A stretch of 64,000 bases of DNA from positions 35,693 to 99,692 of the forward strand of contig JBBTQL010000004.1 in the NCBI GenBank assembly GCA_038065715.1, read 5' to 3'. A program made the translations under genes and the position numbers. Positions 42,188 through 52,821 of this stretch are shown one piece after another. Below the pieces are notes generated by a model that made no database searches, had not been told where the DNA came from, and was given only the letters and a program-made list of their open reading frames with translations. Within the stretch, counting starts at the first letter, position 1. Every line of letters starts with the position of its first letter. The stretch is from Patescibacteria group bacterium. GTDB lineage: Bacteria > Patescibacteriota > Minisyncoccia > Minisyncoccales > Staskawiczbacteraceae.

Positions 42188-42406
42188 ATGCGCTCAATTG
42201 TTAATATATCATTATCAAAAGAACTTGTTTCTGATTTGAATAAGGCGGTAAAAAAGGGAAAATATTCAAGCAAAAGCGAATTTTTGAGAGAACTTATAAG
42301 AGAAAGAATTGAACAGGAAGATTTGTTGAGGAGGGTAAGGATAAGTCAAAAAGAAATAAAACAAGGTAAAGGAAAAATTCTTAAGTCATTAAAAGATTTA
42401 AGGTAA
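42188..42406 (+). CDS. Ribbon-helix-helix (CopG/ParD-like) antitoxin
   Basis: 72 aa. SKSEFLRELIRERIEQ RHH motif. 8 nt upstream of the toxin gene. Confidence 0.5.
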   Translation: MRSIVNISLSKELVSDLNKAVKKGKYSSKSEFLRELIRERIEQEDLLRRVRISQKEIKQGKGKILKSLKDLR

Positions 42407-42413
42407 TTTTATC

Positions 42414-42671
42414 ATGCAGATTATTTATTCTCCGCAATTTGTAAAAGATTACAAAAAAATAAACGAGCAGACAAAGAGAAAAGCGGAGGCGAAAGAAAAT
42501 ATTCTTCGCAATAATCCTTTCGACAGCCGTTTAAAAACCCATAAATTAAGCGGTAAGTTTTATGATTTTTGGTCGTTTTCCGTTGATTATAATTGCAGAA
42601 TAATTTTTGAGTTTAAAAATGAAAAAATTGTTATATTCCATGCAATTGGTAGCCATTCTATTTATAAATGA
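42414..42671 (+). CDS. RelE/ParE-family type II toxin
   Basis: 85 aa. THKLSGKFYDFWSFSVDYNCRIIFEF...IVIFHAIGSHSIYK. Confidence 0.6.
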   Translation: MQIIYSPQFVKDYKKINEQTKRKAEAKENILRNNPFDSRLKTHKLSGKFYDFWSFSVDYNCRIIFEFKNEKIVIFHAIGSHSIYK

Positions 42672-42728
42672 TGTAAAAAAAGAATTCACAAAGCAGAAAG
42701 AAGAGAATCAAATTAAATTTTAATAAAT

Positions 42729-43355
42729 ATGCTAAAAGAAAATATTTCAGAAATTGTAGAAGGACTTTTAAAACTTCAAAAAAAATATTCTTCTACTCCC
42801 AGATCTATAGTGACCTACGATAGGAATAAAAATATTATTGAATCGGGTTTATTAAAAGAATATAATTATGACTCTGAAATAATTCGCGAGCCGCTAATTG
42901 AACATGTTGGGCATCTGCCGATTATTGCATCTTATTTGCACCAATTTATTGAACATAAAAATAAAGTTGATTTAGGAAAGTCATTAATTATTTTATCAGT
43001 GCATGATATTGGGGAAACAGAAGTCGGAGACATGATAACTTATTCAAAAACAAAATCGCACGAAAAAGCAGAAGAGAAAGCCGCTTTTAAAATCCTGCCT
43101 GATTATTTGTATAAATATTTTATAGAATATGATGAGGCAAAAACCATAGATGCCAAGTTTGCCAAGTCGGTTGATTCTTTGGCGCCATTATTACACGAAT
43201 TAACATTGCCAAAAATTACAGCCGAAAGATTTAAATATCATAATTTCAGCGTTGATAAAATTGTTGTAAAGAAAAAAGTATATTTTAAATGGGATAATGT
43301 TTTATCTAAAATATTTGATTATGTGACAGACGAATTAAGAAAAATAGAAAAATAA
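42729..43355 (+). CDS. HD-domain protein (YfbR-like nucleotidase superfamily)
   Basis: EHVGHLPIIASYLH...ILSVHDIGETEVGD. Confidence 0.6.
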   Translation: MLKENISEIVEGLLKLQKKYSSTPRSIVTYDRNKNIIESGLLKEYNYDSEIIREPLIEHVGHLPIIASYLHQFIEHKNKVDLGKSLIILSVHDIGETEVGDMITYSKTKSHEKAEEKAAFKILPDYLYKYFIEYDEAKTIDAKFAKSVDSLAPLLHELTLPKITAERFKYHNFSVDKIVVKKKVYFKWDNVLSKIFDYVTDELRKIEK

Positions 43356-43364
43356 TTTTTAAAT

Positions 43365-46313
43365 ATGTATAATTTTCCAGAAGCAGAAAATAAAATCTTA
43401 AAGTTTTGGCAGGATAACAAAATTTTTGAAAAGTTAAGACAAAAAAATAAAAAGGGAAAACCATGGTCTTTTTTAGACGGGCCTATAACTGCAAACAATC
43501 CGATGGGCGCGCATCATGCATGGGGCAGAAGTTATAAAGATATTTTTCAGAGATATAAGGCGATGCAAGGTTATGACCAGCGATATCAAAATGGTTTTGA
43601 TTGCCAGGGATTGTGGGTTGAAGTTGAAGTTGAAAAAGAGCTGGGCTTTAAAAATAAAAAAGATATTGAAAAATATGGAATTGATAAATTTGTTGAAAAA
43701 TGCAAAGAAAGAGTTGAAAAATATTCAACCATACAGACGCAGCAGTCAATAAGATTGGGCCAATGGATGGATTGGGAAAATTCTTATTACACAATGTCTG
43801 ATGAAAACAATTATGCTATTTGGCATTTTTTAAAAAAATGTTGGCAAGAGGGCTATTTATATAAAGGCAGGGATTCGGTTCCTTGGTGTCCAAGATGCGG
43901 AACTGCAATTTCTCAGCATGAAATTTTAACAGAAGAATATAAAGAAATAACGCACAAAGCCATATATTTTAAGTTACCCGTGATAGAGGGCAAACTAAAA
44001 GGCAAAAAGTTTTTGGTTTGGACGACTACTCCATGGACAATTCCAGCTAACGTTGCTTTGGTCGTAAACCCAGATTTTGATTACGGAATTTATAAAAAAG
44101 ATAACGAAGAATTAATTTTATTGAAATCTTTAGCCGAAAAAGTTTTACATGCCCGCGAAGGCGGGGGTAAAGATTATATTTTAGAAAAGAAAATTAAAGG
44201 CAAAGATTTAAAGGGCATAAAATATGAAGGGCCGTTTGACAGCCTACCTAGAGTTAAAAAAATAAAAGAAGAAAAAATAGACACATTTCATACGGTTGTT
44301 TTAGATAAAGATTTAGTGACAGAAACAGAGGGAACGGGAATTGTGCACTGTGCGCCGGGCGCCGGCGAAGAAGATTTTAAAATAAGCCAAAGAGAGGGCT
44401 TAGCGGTAATTGATGTGATTGATGAAGCAGCAGTGTATTTGCCGGAAATGGAAGAATTTTCTGGAAAAAATGCAAAAAAAATTCCAGATATTATTTTTGA
44501 TTATTTAAAATCCAGTGAAAATGGAAAATTCTTTTTTAAGATAGAAGATTATACGCACCGCTATCCTACTTGCTGGAGATGTAAAACAGAATTAGTTTGG
44601 AGGGTTGTTGACGAGTGGTATATTTCTATGGATAAGTTAAGAAAAAATTTAGAAAAAATTACAAAAAAAATAAATTGGATTCCATCTTTTGGCAAAGAGC
44701 GTGAGCTTGACTGGTTAAAAAATATGCATGACTGGCTGATTTCTAAAAAAAGGTATTGGGGTTTGGCTTTGCCTATTTTTGAATGCGAATGCGGAAATTT
44801 TGAGGTTATTGGCTCAAAAGAAGAGCTAAAAAAGAGAGCGATAGAAGGTTGGGATAAATTTGAAAATAATTCTCCTCATAGGCCGTGGATAGACAATGTA
44901 AAAATAAAATGCAAAAAATGCAAAAAAATAGTTTCAAGAATTAAAGATGTGGGCAGCCCTTGGTTAGATGCTGGAATTGTTTCTTTTTCCACAATGAAAT
45001 ATTTTTCAGATAAGTCATATTGGAAAAAATGGTTTCCTATAGAATTAGTTTGTGAATCATTTCCCGGGCAATTTAAAAATTGGTTTTATAGTTTGTTAGT
45101 GATGTCAGTTGTTTTAGAAGATACAAATCCAATAAAAACAATTTTTGGTTATGCCTTAGTCCGCGATGAAAAAGGAGAGGAAATGCACAAATCAAAAGGT
45201 AATGCCATTTGGTTTGACGAGGCCGTAGAAAAAATTGGGGCTGATCCAATGCGCTGGATGTATTCAAAACAAAATCCAGCAGAAAATCTTAATTTTGGTT
45301 ATAATACAGCCGATGAAGTAAAAAGAAGACTGTTAACACTTTATAATGTTTATGCTTTTTTCAATACCTATGTTAAAAAAGAAGAATTTGAAAATATAGA
45401 TTTGAATCCAAAGCCGAAAAGTGTTTTAGATAAATGGATTTTGTCAAAAATAGACCATTTAATTGGCGCTTGTGAATTTAATCTTGAAAAATACGATGTT
45501 GCTAAAGTAGTTTTAGCCATAGAAGATTTTTTCATAAATGATTTGTCTTTATGGTATATAAGAAGGTCAAGGAAAAGATTTCATCCTTCGGCGGACTCGG
45601 GGCAAGTCAATGATAGCCAAGATAGGTCAGAGGCGATGTCAGCTCTTTATTATGCGCTTTTGAATATTACAAAGCTAATAAGTCCGATAATGCCATTTTT
45701 TGCAGAAGAAATGTATCAAAATTTAAAAACAAACAATATGCTAGAATCGGTTCATTTGTGTAGTTGGCCTCAATTAAAAAAAGAAGGTTATGTTGATTTA
45801 GAACTTGAAGGCAAAATGGACGAAGCCCGCAATATTGTTAATTTGGCCTTAGCAGAAAGGGCCGAAAAAGTAATCAAAGTAAGACAGCCAATTGCTTTGA
45901 TTAAAATAAAAAATAAGAAATTAAAAATTGAGGGCGATAAAGAAATATTAGAATTGATAAAAGACGAGGTTAATACAAAAAAAATTGTTTTTGATGTCAA
46001 AATTAAAAATGAGATAGAGCTTGATACAAAAATTACGCAAGAGTTAAAAGAAGAAGGAATGGTCAGGGAAATAATTAGGTATATTCAAAATATGAGGAAA
46101 GAGGCGGGCTTAATACCAGAAAACAAAATTTTGGTTTTCTTTTTTGGCGGACTCGGAATAAACAAGGTTTTGGAGAAAAATAAAGAGTTTTTATTGAAAG
46201 AAATTAATGCAAAAGATTTTTATTTAGATAAAAAATCAGGCCCAGCTTGCGATATGGAAAAAGAATTTTTAATTGATAACCAAAAAATATTATTAAAAAT
46301 AAAAAAAATATAA
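43365..46313 (+). CDS. ileS: Isoleucyl-tRNA synthetase
   Basis: PITANNPMGAHHAWGRSYKD (HIGH region). MHKSKGNAI (KMSKS). CP1 editing domain. WCPRCGT zinc motif. 982 aa. GC insert at 45584-45608. Confidence 0.9.
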   Translation: MYNFPEAENKILKFWQDNKIFEKLRQKNKKGKPWSFLDGPITANNPMGAHHAWGRSYKDIFQRYKAMQGYDQRYQNGFDCQGLWVEVEVEKELGFKNKKDIEKYGIDKFVEKCKERVEKYSTIQTQQSIRLGQWMDWENSYYTMSDENNYAIWHFLKKCWQEGYLYKGRDSVPWCPRCGTAISQHEILTEEYKEITHKAIYFKLPVIEGKLKGKKFLVWTTTPWTIPANVALVVNPDFDYGIYKKDNEELILLKSLAEKVLHAREGGGKDYILEKKIKGKDLKGIKYEGPFDSLPRVKKIKEEKIDTFHTVVLDKDLVTETEGTGIVHCAPGAGEEDFKISQREGLAVIDVIDEAAVYLPEMEEFSGKNAKKIPDIIFDYLKSSENGKFFFKIEDYTHRYPTCWRCKTELVWRVVDEWYISMDKLRKNLEKITKKINWIPSFGKERELDWLKNMHDWLISKKRYWGLALPIFECECGNFEVIGSKEELKKRAIEGWDKFENNSPHRPWIDNVKIKCKKCKKIVSRIKDVGSPWLDAGIVSFSTMKYFSDKSYWKKWFPIELVCESFPGQFKNWFYSLLVMSVVLEDTNPIKTIFGYALVRDEKGEEMHKSKGNAIWFDEAVEKIGADPMRWMYSKQNPAENLNFGYNTADEVKRRLLTLYNVYAFFNTYVKKEEFENIDLNPKPKSVLDKWILSKIDHLIGACEFNLEKYDVAKVVLAIEDFFINDLSLWYIRRSRKRFHPSADSGQVNDSQDRSEAMSALYYALLNITKLISPIMPFFAEEMYQNLKTNNMLESVHLCSWPQLKKEGYVDLELEGKMDEARNIVNLALAERAEKVIKVRQPIALIKIKNKKLKIEGDKEILELIKDEVNTKKIVFDVKIKNEIELDTKITQELKEEGMVREIIRYIQNMRKEAGLIPENKILVFFFGGLGINKVLEKNKEFLLKEINAKDFYLDKKSGPACDMEKEFLIDNQKILLKIKKI

Positions 46314-46314
46314 A

Positions 46315-46614
46315 ATGTCATTATTTGATAAAAAAGGGCAATTACCGAGAAAAGAATTTAGGGATATACTTAAAAGAAGCGATATAAAAACAGGACCAAC
46401 AAAGGGGCTGAATATTAAAGAAAGACTTAAAATAGAAGAAGATGTTTTTCCTAAAAAACACGGTGAAATAATATCAAAAAGTATCTTTGACAGGGGGCTT
46501 AATAATCTTAAAAAGAAAGGCGCATGGGAAGTTGATCTTATAAAGAAATCGAAAATACATAAAAAAATAAAATACTTAAAAAAATTAGAAGAAACAGGAG
46601 GCACAGATAAATAA
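46315..46614 (+). CDS. Small basic hypothetical protein
   Basis: 99-aa K-rich ORF whose start overlaps the ileS stop. Confidence 0.35.
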   Translation: MSLFDKKGQLPRKEFRDILKRSDIKTGPTKGLNIKERLKIEEDVFPKKHGEIISKSIFDRGLNNLKKKGAWEVDLIKKSKIHKKIKYLKKLEETGGTDK

Positions 46615-46615
46615 T

Positions 46616-47371
46616 ATGGCAGTTCATTATAGAACCAAAGGTTTAATCTTTAAAGAAAATAACTGGGCTGAGGCAGATAAAGTTTTTTCTATTTTTACTT
46701 GTGATTTTGGAAGGCTTGAAGTTTTTGCTAAGGCCATAAGAAAAATTACTTCAAAATTAAGAGGAGGAATTGAAATTTTTTCTTTATCTGAAATCGAGTT
46801 TATACAAGGCAAAAACCGCAAAACCTTAACCGACGCAGTTTTTATAAACAATTTTAACAATATAGCGCATGATTTGGAAAAATTAAGAATTGCCAGCAAA
46901 GTTATCCAAGCTTTAGACAACTTTGTTAAAGGCCAAGAGAAAGATGAAAAAATTTGGAATTTGATAATTGATATTTTTGAAAAAATAAATAGCCCATTAT
47001 TATCTCAAGAAAAATATCAATTAACTTATTATTATTTTATTTGGAATTTTTTTTCTATATTGGGATATAAGCCCGAAGTTTCAAAGTGCGCTATATGCCA
47101 GAAAAAGTTAAATCCCTATAATTTATATTTTTGCAATCAAGAAGGAGGAATTATTTGCAAAAATTGTTTTTCAAAAAAAAGAGATGTTAAAAAAATAAAC
47201 TCCAGTATTGTTAAAGTTTTAAGGCTGTTTTTTAAAAAAGACTGGCAAACTATACAAAAATTAAAAATTGAGTTTTCTTTAATAAATCTTTTGAAAGAAG
47301 TTTCTGAAGATTATTATCTTTATCTTTTATCATCGCATTCTTTTAAAGACAGCATAAATGATGTAATATAA
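46616..47371 (+). CDS. recO: DNA repair protein RecO
   Basis: N-terminal OB fold GLIFKENNWAEADKVFSIFTCDFGRLEVFAKAIRK. C-terminal zinc motif CAICQKK...CKNC. Confidence 0.75.
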   Translation: MAVHYRTKGLIFKENNWAEADKVFSIFTCDFGRLEVFAKAIRKITSKLRGGIEIFSLSEIEFIQGKNRKTLTDAVFINNFNNIAHDLEKLRIASKVIQALDNFVKGQEKDEKIWNLIIDIFEKINSPLLSQEKYQLTYYYFIWNFFSILGYKPEVSKCAICQKKLNPYNLYFCNQEGGIICKNCFSKKRDVKKINSSIVKVLRLFFKKDWQTIQKLKIEFSLINLLKEVSEDYYLYLLSSHSFKDSINDVI

Positions 47372-47376
47372 AAAAT

Positions 47377-49041
47377 ATGAACAAAAAAGCAACTTTTATA
47401 TTGTTATTTATCGTTATTATGTTAGGTTTTTTAGGATTTTGGTATTACAGAAATACGATTTTTTCAAAAGAAATTTTAAAATTAGAAATCCTTGGACTTG
47501 ATTCTGCTAAAATGGGAGATGAAATTAAGTACACTGTAAAATATAAAAATAACGGCAATTTTGTTTTAGAGCAGCCAAAGCTGATTTTTGAGCTTCCTGA
47601 TAATTCTTTAACCGAGGACGGAAAAACAAGATTTGAAAAGGACCTAAAAGATATTTATCCTGGAGTTGAAGAAATTGTGCAATTTAACGGCAGGCTTCTC
47701 GGAAAAGAGGGCGACTTAAAAGTAGCCAAAGCCTCTCTTTCTTATATTCCAAAAAACATAACAGCCCGCTATGAATCAAGCACTACATTTACCACAAAAA
47801 TTGATGCTGTTGCCATAACTTTAGATTTTGATTTGCCTTCAAAAATAGAAAAAGGCAAGGAAATTTCTTATTCTCTTAATTATTTTTCTAACATAGATTA
47901 TCCTTTAGAAAATCTAAGCATGAAAATTGATTCTGTAAACGGTTTTAACTTTGAGTCGGCAACTCCCTCTTCATTAGATAATTCTGAATGGAAATTACAA
48001 ACATTAAACAAGGCCCAAGGTGGCAGGATAAATGTTAAGGGAGCAATTACGGCCTCTGCTAATAGCCGCATAATATTTGGCGCAACGCTTGGCGTATGGC
48101 AAAACGGAGCATTTATCGCAATAAAACAAACCAACGCAGATATTGAGGTTATTGATCCTTTATTATTTATATCGCAGCAAATAAACGGATCTTCTAATCA
48201 CATTGCTTCTCCCGGTGAAAAGCTGCATTATAAAATATTTTTTAGAAATATCGGCTCCAGTTCTTTTGATAATTTATTTATGATAGTAAGGTTAGACGGT
48301 TTAGCTTTTGATTTGTCTACGCTTCAGTCACAGCAAGGGCAAGCAAGGCCAAATGACAATTTAATTGTTTTTGATTCAAAACAAGTTTCAGAATTAACTC
48401 ATTTAAACCCCCAACAAGAAAACAAAGTTGAATTTGATGTTAAGTTAAAAGACAGCTGGCCTCCTGTTCCAGCTGAAAAAAACAATACAGTTATAAAAAG
48501 CAAGGTTAATATTTCTGATATCAGCCAGGAATTTGATACTAAAGTTAATTCAAGATTAGAAGTTTCTCAAAAAGCATATTACTCAAATCAAGGGAATGTA
48601 GAAAATTCAGGGCCTGTCCCTCCAGAGGTTGGCAAAGCTACCACATATACTATAGTTTGGCAGATTAAAAATTATTTTAACGATGTTAAGAATGTAAAGG
48701 TAAGAGCTGTTTTGCCCCAAGGCGTTGTTTTAACCGGGAAAATACTGCCAGACAATCAAATAGCCAATTTTTCTATGGATAATGGCAGCAGGGAAATTGT
48801 TTGGTCTGCTGGAGATATTTCAGCTGGCGCAGGAATTTCAAGTTCTGGGCCGTCATTATTTTTTCAGGTTTCTTCAACTCCAAGTTCTTTCCAAAAAGGA
48901 GGGACAGCGAGCCTTATTGGCCAGGCAACAATTTTTGGCGAAGACCAATTTACTAATTCCACTGCTCAAAGCAATGCGCCAGCGGCAGATACTAATTTGC
49001 CAGATGACCAAAATAATTCTGGCGGCGGAATCGTGCAGTAA
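47377..49041 (+). CDS. Membrane-anchored protein with a large extracytoplasmic beta-rich domain, function unknown
   Basis: N-terminal TM helix ATFILLFIVIMLGFLGFWYY. 554 aa, S/T/N-rich. Confidence 0.5.
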   Translation: MNKKATFILLFIVIMLGFLGFWYYRNTIFSKEILKLEILGLDSAKMGDEIKYTVKYKNNGNFVLEQPKLIFELPDNSLTEDGKTRFEKDLKDIYPGVEEIVQFNGRLLGKEGDLKVAKASLSYIPKNITARYESSTTFTTKIDAVAITLDFDLPSKIEKGKEISYSLNYFSNIDYPLENLSMKIDSVNGFNFESATPSSLDNSEWKLQTLNKAQGGRINVKGAITASANSRIIFGATLGVWQNGAFIAIKQTNADIEVIDPLLFISQQINGSSNHIASPGEKLHYKIFFRNIGSSSFDNLFMIVRLDGLAFDLSTLQSQQGQARPNDNLIVFDSKQVSELTHLNPQQENKVEFDVKLKDSWPPVPAEKNNTVIKSKVNISDISQEFDTKVNSRLEVSQKAYYSNQGNVENSGPVPPEVGKATTYTIVWQIKNYFNDVKNVKVRAVLPQGVVLTGKILPDNQIANFSMDNGSREIVWSAGDISAGAGISSSGPSLFFQVSSTPSSFQKGGTASLIGQATIFGEDQFTNSTAQSNAPAADTNLPDDQNNSGGGIVQ

Positions 49042-49058
49042 TTAAAAAAGAAAAAATT

Positions 49059-50369
49059 ATGAAAAAAGAAGAAAATAATTTAATGGAAAAAATAGTGTCT
49101 TTATGTAAAAGAAGAGGGTTTGTATTTCCTGGTTCTGAAATTTATGGAGGCATGGCAAACAGTTATGATTACGGCCCTTTGGGCGCCGAAGTTTTTAATA
49201 ATATACGTAATTTATGGTGGAAAAAATTTGTGCATGAAAGAGACGACATGGTGGGTGTAAGGGGACCCATTATAATGAATTCAAAAGTTTGGGAAGCTTC
49301 CGGACATATTAAAAATTTTACAGACCCCTTGGTTGAATGCAAAATTTGCCATACAAGATTACGTTCAGATAAGACAATGGAAATTAAAGAACATGAAAAA
49401 TCGCATAAAGAAAAAGTTGAGTGGGCAGATCCTAAAAATTTTAATTTGCTATTTAAAACGTTTATAGGGGCAACAGAAGATAAAACATCCGAAGTTTATT
49501 TACGCGGAGAAACTGCGCAAACCATGTTTACAGATTTTAAGCTTGTTATGGATTCTATGAGGCGCAAACTTCCCTTTGGAATTGCGCAAATAGGCAGGTC
49601 GTTTAGAAATGAAATTACCACTGGAAATTTCATTTTCAGAATGAAAGAGTTTACCATTGCCGAATTTGAATATTTCGTAAAACCAGAAAGTGATGATAAA
49701 TCTTTTTCTGAACTTTTAGATTATCAGCAAGATTTTTTTATAAATAGTTTAGGCATTAAAAAGGAAAACATAAAAACTGTTGAGTTGTCAAAAGACGAAT
49801 TAGCTCATTATTCAAAACGAACAGTTGATACGTATTTTAATTTTCCTTTTGGATGGGACGAGGTTGCTGGAATAGCAAATCGCGTAGATTACGATTTAAA
49901 AAATCATATTGCGTTATCTGGCGAAAATCTTTCATATAAAGATGAAGAAACAAAAGAGGAATTCGTTCCCTATGTGATAGAGCCGACTTTTGGTTTAGAC
50001 AGATTATTGCTAGCCGTATTAACTGATGCATATAAAGAAGAAGCAAACAGGGTTGTTTTGAAATTAAAGCCGAGTTTGGCGCCATATAAGGCTGCTGTGT
50101 TTCCGCTTTTAAAAAACAAGCCAGAGTTAGTTAAAAAAGCAAAAGAAATTTACAACGTATTAAGAAAGGAATTTAATATTGCTTTTGACGACAGGGGAAA
50201 TATAGGCAAGCGTTATTATAGCCAAGACGAAATTGGCACGCCCTATTGCATTACTATTGATTTTGACACATTAAAAGATGATACAGTAACCGTCCGCGAC
50301 CGCGACACAATGAAACAAGAAAGAGTAAAAATTCCCGATTTAATAAAAAAAATATCAGAATTTTTATAA
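49059..50369 (+). CDS. glyQS: Glycyl-tRNA synthetase (alpha2 class II type)
   Basis: MEKIVSLCKRRGFVFPGSEIYGGMANSYDYGPLGAEVFNNIRNLWW N-terminus typical of GlyRS. C-terminal anticodon-binding domain. Confidence 0.85.
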   Translation: MKKEENNLMEKIVSLCKRRGFVFPGSEIYGGMANSYDYGPLGAEVFNNIRNLWWKKFVHERDDMVGVRGPIIMNSKVWEASGHIKNFTDPLVECKICHTRLRSDKTMEIKEHEKSHKEKVEWADPKNFNLLFKTFIGATEDKTSEVYLRGETAQTMFTDFKLVMDSMRRKLPFGIAQIGRSFRNEITTGNFIFRMKEFTIAEFEYFVKPESDDKSFSELLDYQQDFFINSLGIKKENIKTVELSKDELAHYSKRTVDTYFNFPFGWDEVAGIANRVDYDLKNHIALSGENLSYKDEETKEEFVPYVIEPTFGLDRLLLAVLTDAYKEEANRVVLKLKPSLAPYKAAVFPLLKNKPELVKKAKEIYNVLRKEFNIAFDDRGNIGKRYYSQDEIGTPYCITIDFDTLKDDTVTVRDRDTMKQERVKIPDLIKKISEFL

Positions 50370-50374
50370 AAATA

Positions 50375-51361
50375 ATGGAAGGAGAAAAAAGAGAATCAGA
50401 AAAAATACCAGAACAAAAAATTAATATTCCTCAAAATGAGGGTAAAATTTTAGGAATTAACTCAGAAACCACAAAAGAAAGGGAGGCTGAAGAACAAGTG
50501 GAAATTAAAGAATTAAAAAAAGAAATTGAGAAATCATTTACTGACGAAAATCCTAATACAACAGAAAAATCGGTCAATTCTCCAGAAAAAGAATTTGAAG
50601 AAAAATCAGCGCAAGGAAAGAATGAAAGTATTGCTAAAAAATTTGGCGTCTTCATTGGGAAATCATTGAGCTGGATGTTCGGTTCATTAGAAAGCAGAGT
50701 TAAAAATTTTGATGTTGAACTTTCAGGGTCTGAAAATTTAAGAGAGTTAGAGGGTAGACCGTATATATTAGCGGCTAACCATATTAAACCAAAAAACATT
50801 CTAATGCAGGCAATAGGGTTGTCTCCCGATTCTTTTGTAATTAGAAGAGTCGTTCAGGAAGAAACCCAGCGGATGCCCCATGTCATTGCAAATGTATCAA
50901 GCAAGATAAGAAAAATTCCGATTTTTGGGCAAATAGATAAGATATGGTCTCCATTTCGAGAGGGAATAATGCAGGGAGCAGGTTTTATCCCTGTAAAAAT
51001 GAGGAGAGGAGGAGAATCGACAGGATTTAATCGTAATTTCATCGAAAGGTTTCGAGAGGTAGTAGACAAAAAAGAACCGGTTATTATTTTTCCTCAAGGC
51101 CATTGGGATAAAGATTTTAATCCCGAGAGAGAATTTGAAACTGGGACAGCTACGCTTGCTAGGAACTATGGCTTGCCGATAGCACCGGTTTACATTCAAG
51201 GATGTCAATCATGGTCACCAAAGGGAAGAGCGTCGGTTAGTATTGGTCAAATTATTGATCCTGCTGAAAAAAATAAAGAAGAGATAACGGATGAAATTAA
51301 AAAAAGCATAATCTGCATGAAAGAAGTTAAAGCAGGCAGTAATGACACAACAAAAAAATGA
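50375..51361 (+). CDS. Putative acyltransferase (PlsC-like), low confidence
   Basis: AANHIKPKN (degenerate HX4D) and FPQGHWDK (motif III-like). E/K-rich N-terminal extension. Confidence 0.4.
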   Translation: MEGEKRESEKIPEQKINIPQNEGKILGINSETTKEREAEEQVEIKELKKEIEKSFTDENPNTTEKSVNSPEKEFEEKSAQGKNESIAKKFGVFIGKSLSWMFGSLESRVKNFDVELSGSENLRELEGRPYILAANHIKPKNILMQAIGLSPDSFVIRRVVQEETQRMPHVIANVSSKIRKIPIFGQIDKIWSPFREGIMQGAGFIPVKMRRGGESTGFNRNFIERFREVVDKKEPVIIFPQGHWDKDFNPEREFETGTATLARNYGLPIAPVYIQGCQSWSPKGRASVSIGQIIDPAEKNKEEITDEIKKSIICMKEVKAGSNDTTKK

Positions 51362-51921
51362 GCAGGTTTTTTAGAAACATAATACACAAAATAAAAAATA
51401 AAGGAGCAAAAGATAGGATTAAAAAGATTAGGCCATATTTAAACAAAAAAGATAAAATTTTAGATATTGGGGCCGGTTCTTGCATTGTTTGCGAAGCACT
51501 GCGAGAAGAAGGTTATCATATTACGCCGATCGATATTAAAAACTCGAGTTTTGCTAAGGATATCAAGCCGATTATATATGGCGGTGTAAAAATACCGTTT
51601 AAGAGAGATGAATTTAATACAGCTTTAATTTTAACGGTTTTGCATCATACGCCTTCTCCCAGAAAAATTTTAGAAGAAGCTAAAAGAATATCAAGGGTAA
51701 TTATTATTATAGAAGATATTTATACAAATATATTTAATAAGTATATGACCTATTTTATTGACAACCTGCTTAATTTAGAATTTATTGGTTGTTATCATAC
51801 AAATAAAAATGACAGAGAATGGAAAAAAATATTCGATAAAATGAATTTGAAATTGCTTGACACTAAATACTATAAATCCTTTTTCAGAGTTAAGCGTGCG
51901 GTATATTATCTTAAAAAATAA
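51358..51921 (+). CDS. SAM-dependent methyltransferase
   Basis: Motif I ILDIGAGSCIV. 187 aa. Confidence 0.6.
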   Translation: MSRFFRNIIHKIKNKGAKDRIKKIRPYLNKKDKILDIGAGSCIVCEALREEGYHITPIDIKNSSFAKDIKPIIYGGVKIPFKRDEFNTALILTVLHHTPSPRKILEEAKRISRVIIIIEDIYTNIFNKYMTYFIDNLLNLEFIGCYHTNKNDREWKKIFDKMNLKLLDTKYYKSFFRVKRAVYYLKK

Positions 51922-51951
51922 TCTTTTACAGGAAAATAACGACATCGGCTA

Positions 51952-52821
51952 ATGAAATTTTTGATAAATCTTTTCAAGCTTACAAGACCACTAAGCAATG
52001 TAAAAAACATTGCAATAGTTGTCCTAGCTTTTTATTTTTCAAAAAAGGGATTTGATTTATGGCTGTTTTCAGGTTCTCTGATTTCTTTATCGTTGGTCTG
52101 CTCGGCTTTTTATGCCTATAACACTTTATCTGACTTTGATTTAGATAAAGATAATAAAAATAAAAAGCATTATCTGGAGGCGGTTAATTATTTTGGAAAA
52201 AATAAAAGTTTTATTATTTTTATAACTCTTTTAATTGCGGGGCTGTTCATCGGATATTTTATAAATTTATACTTTTTTATATTTTTATTGCTTTTAGCTT
52301 TAACCGATTTTTCATACTCTTTTAAGTATACTCGGTTTAAAGAAAAATTTATTTTAGATATATTGTTTGGCGCTTCTTTTACTTTTTTATTCAGATTTCT
52401 TGCTTTTTGGTTTGTTTTTTCGTCTGCCTTTCCGCCATTGTTGGTTGTGGCAGGATTGGTTTTTGCCAAAAGCGGAGGATATTTTTTGTATAAATCATTG
52501 GATTATCAGTATTTACTAAAAGAAAACATAAAAAATTCAATAACAATTTTAAATCAAAAAACAAAAATTATTGTTTCTATTTTATTTTGGGTTATTGCCC
52601 TCATTTCTTTTATATTTTTGTGCTTTAATTCTTATTTTAAAATCGGATTGATTGGAGAGCTTCCTTTTAAGTTTTTGTTTTTAGGGCTACTTGCAGTTCC
52701 TCCACTTGCTGTAATTTATCTTTCAGTTTTCGGAAAGATTAAAATAAAAATTAAAAATTTAAGAACTGCAGGATACATTTATTGGGCGGCAGTTTTGGCC
52801 ACTACCTTAACTTTTATATGA
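51952..52821 (+). CDS. Polytopic membrane protein, possibly a UbiA-like prenyltransferase
   Basis: 8-9 TM helices. Asp-rich NTLSDFDLDKD. Confidence 0.35.
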   Translation: MKFLINLFKLTRPLSNVKNIAIVVLAFYFSKKGFDLWLFSGSLISLSLVCSAFYAYNTLSDFDLDKDNKNKKHYLEAVNYFGKNKSFIIFITLLIAGLFIGYFINLYFFIFLLLLALTDFSYSFKYTRFKEKFILDILFGASFTFLFRFLAFWFVFSSAFPPLLVVAGLVFAKSGGYFLYKSLDYQYLLKENIKNSITILNQKTKIIVSILFWVIALISFIFLCFNSYFKIGLIGELPFKFLFLGLLAVPPLAVIYLSVFGKIKIKIKNLRTAGYIYWAAVLATTLTFI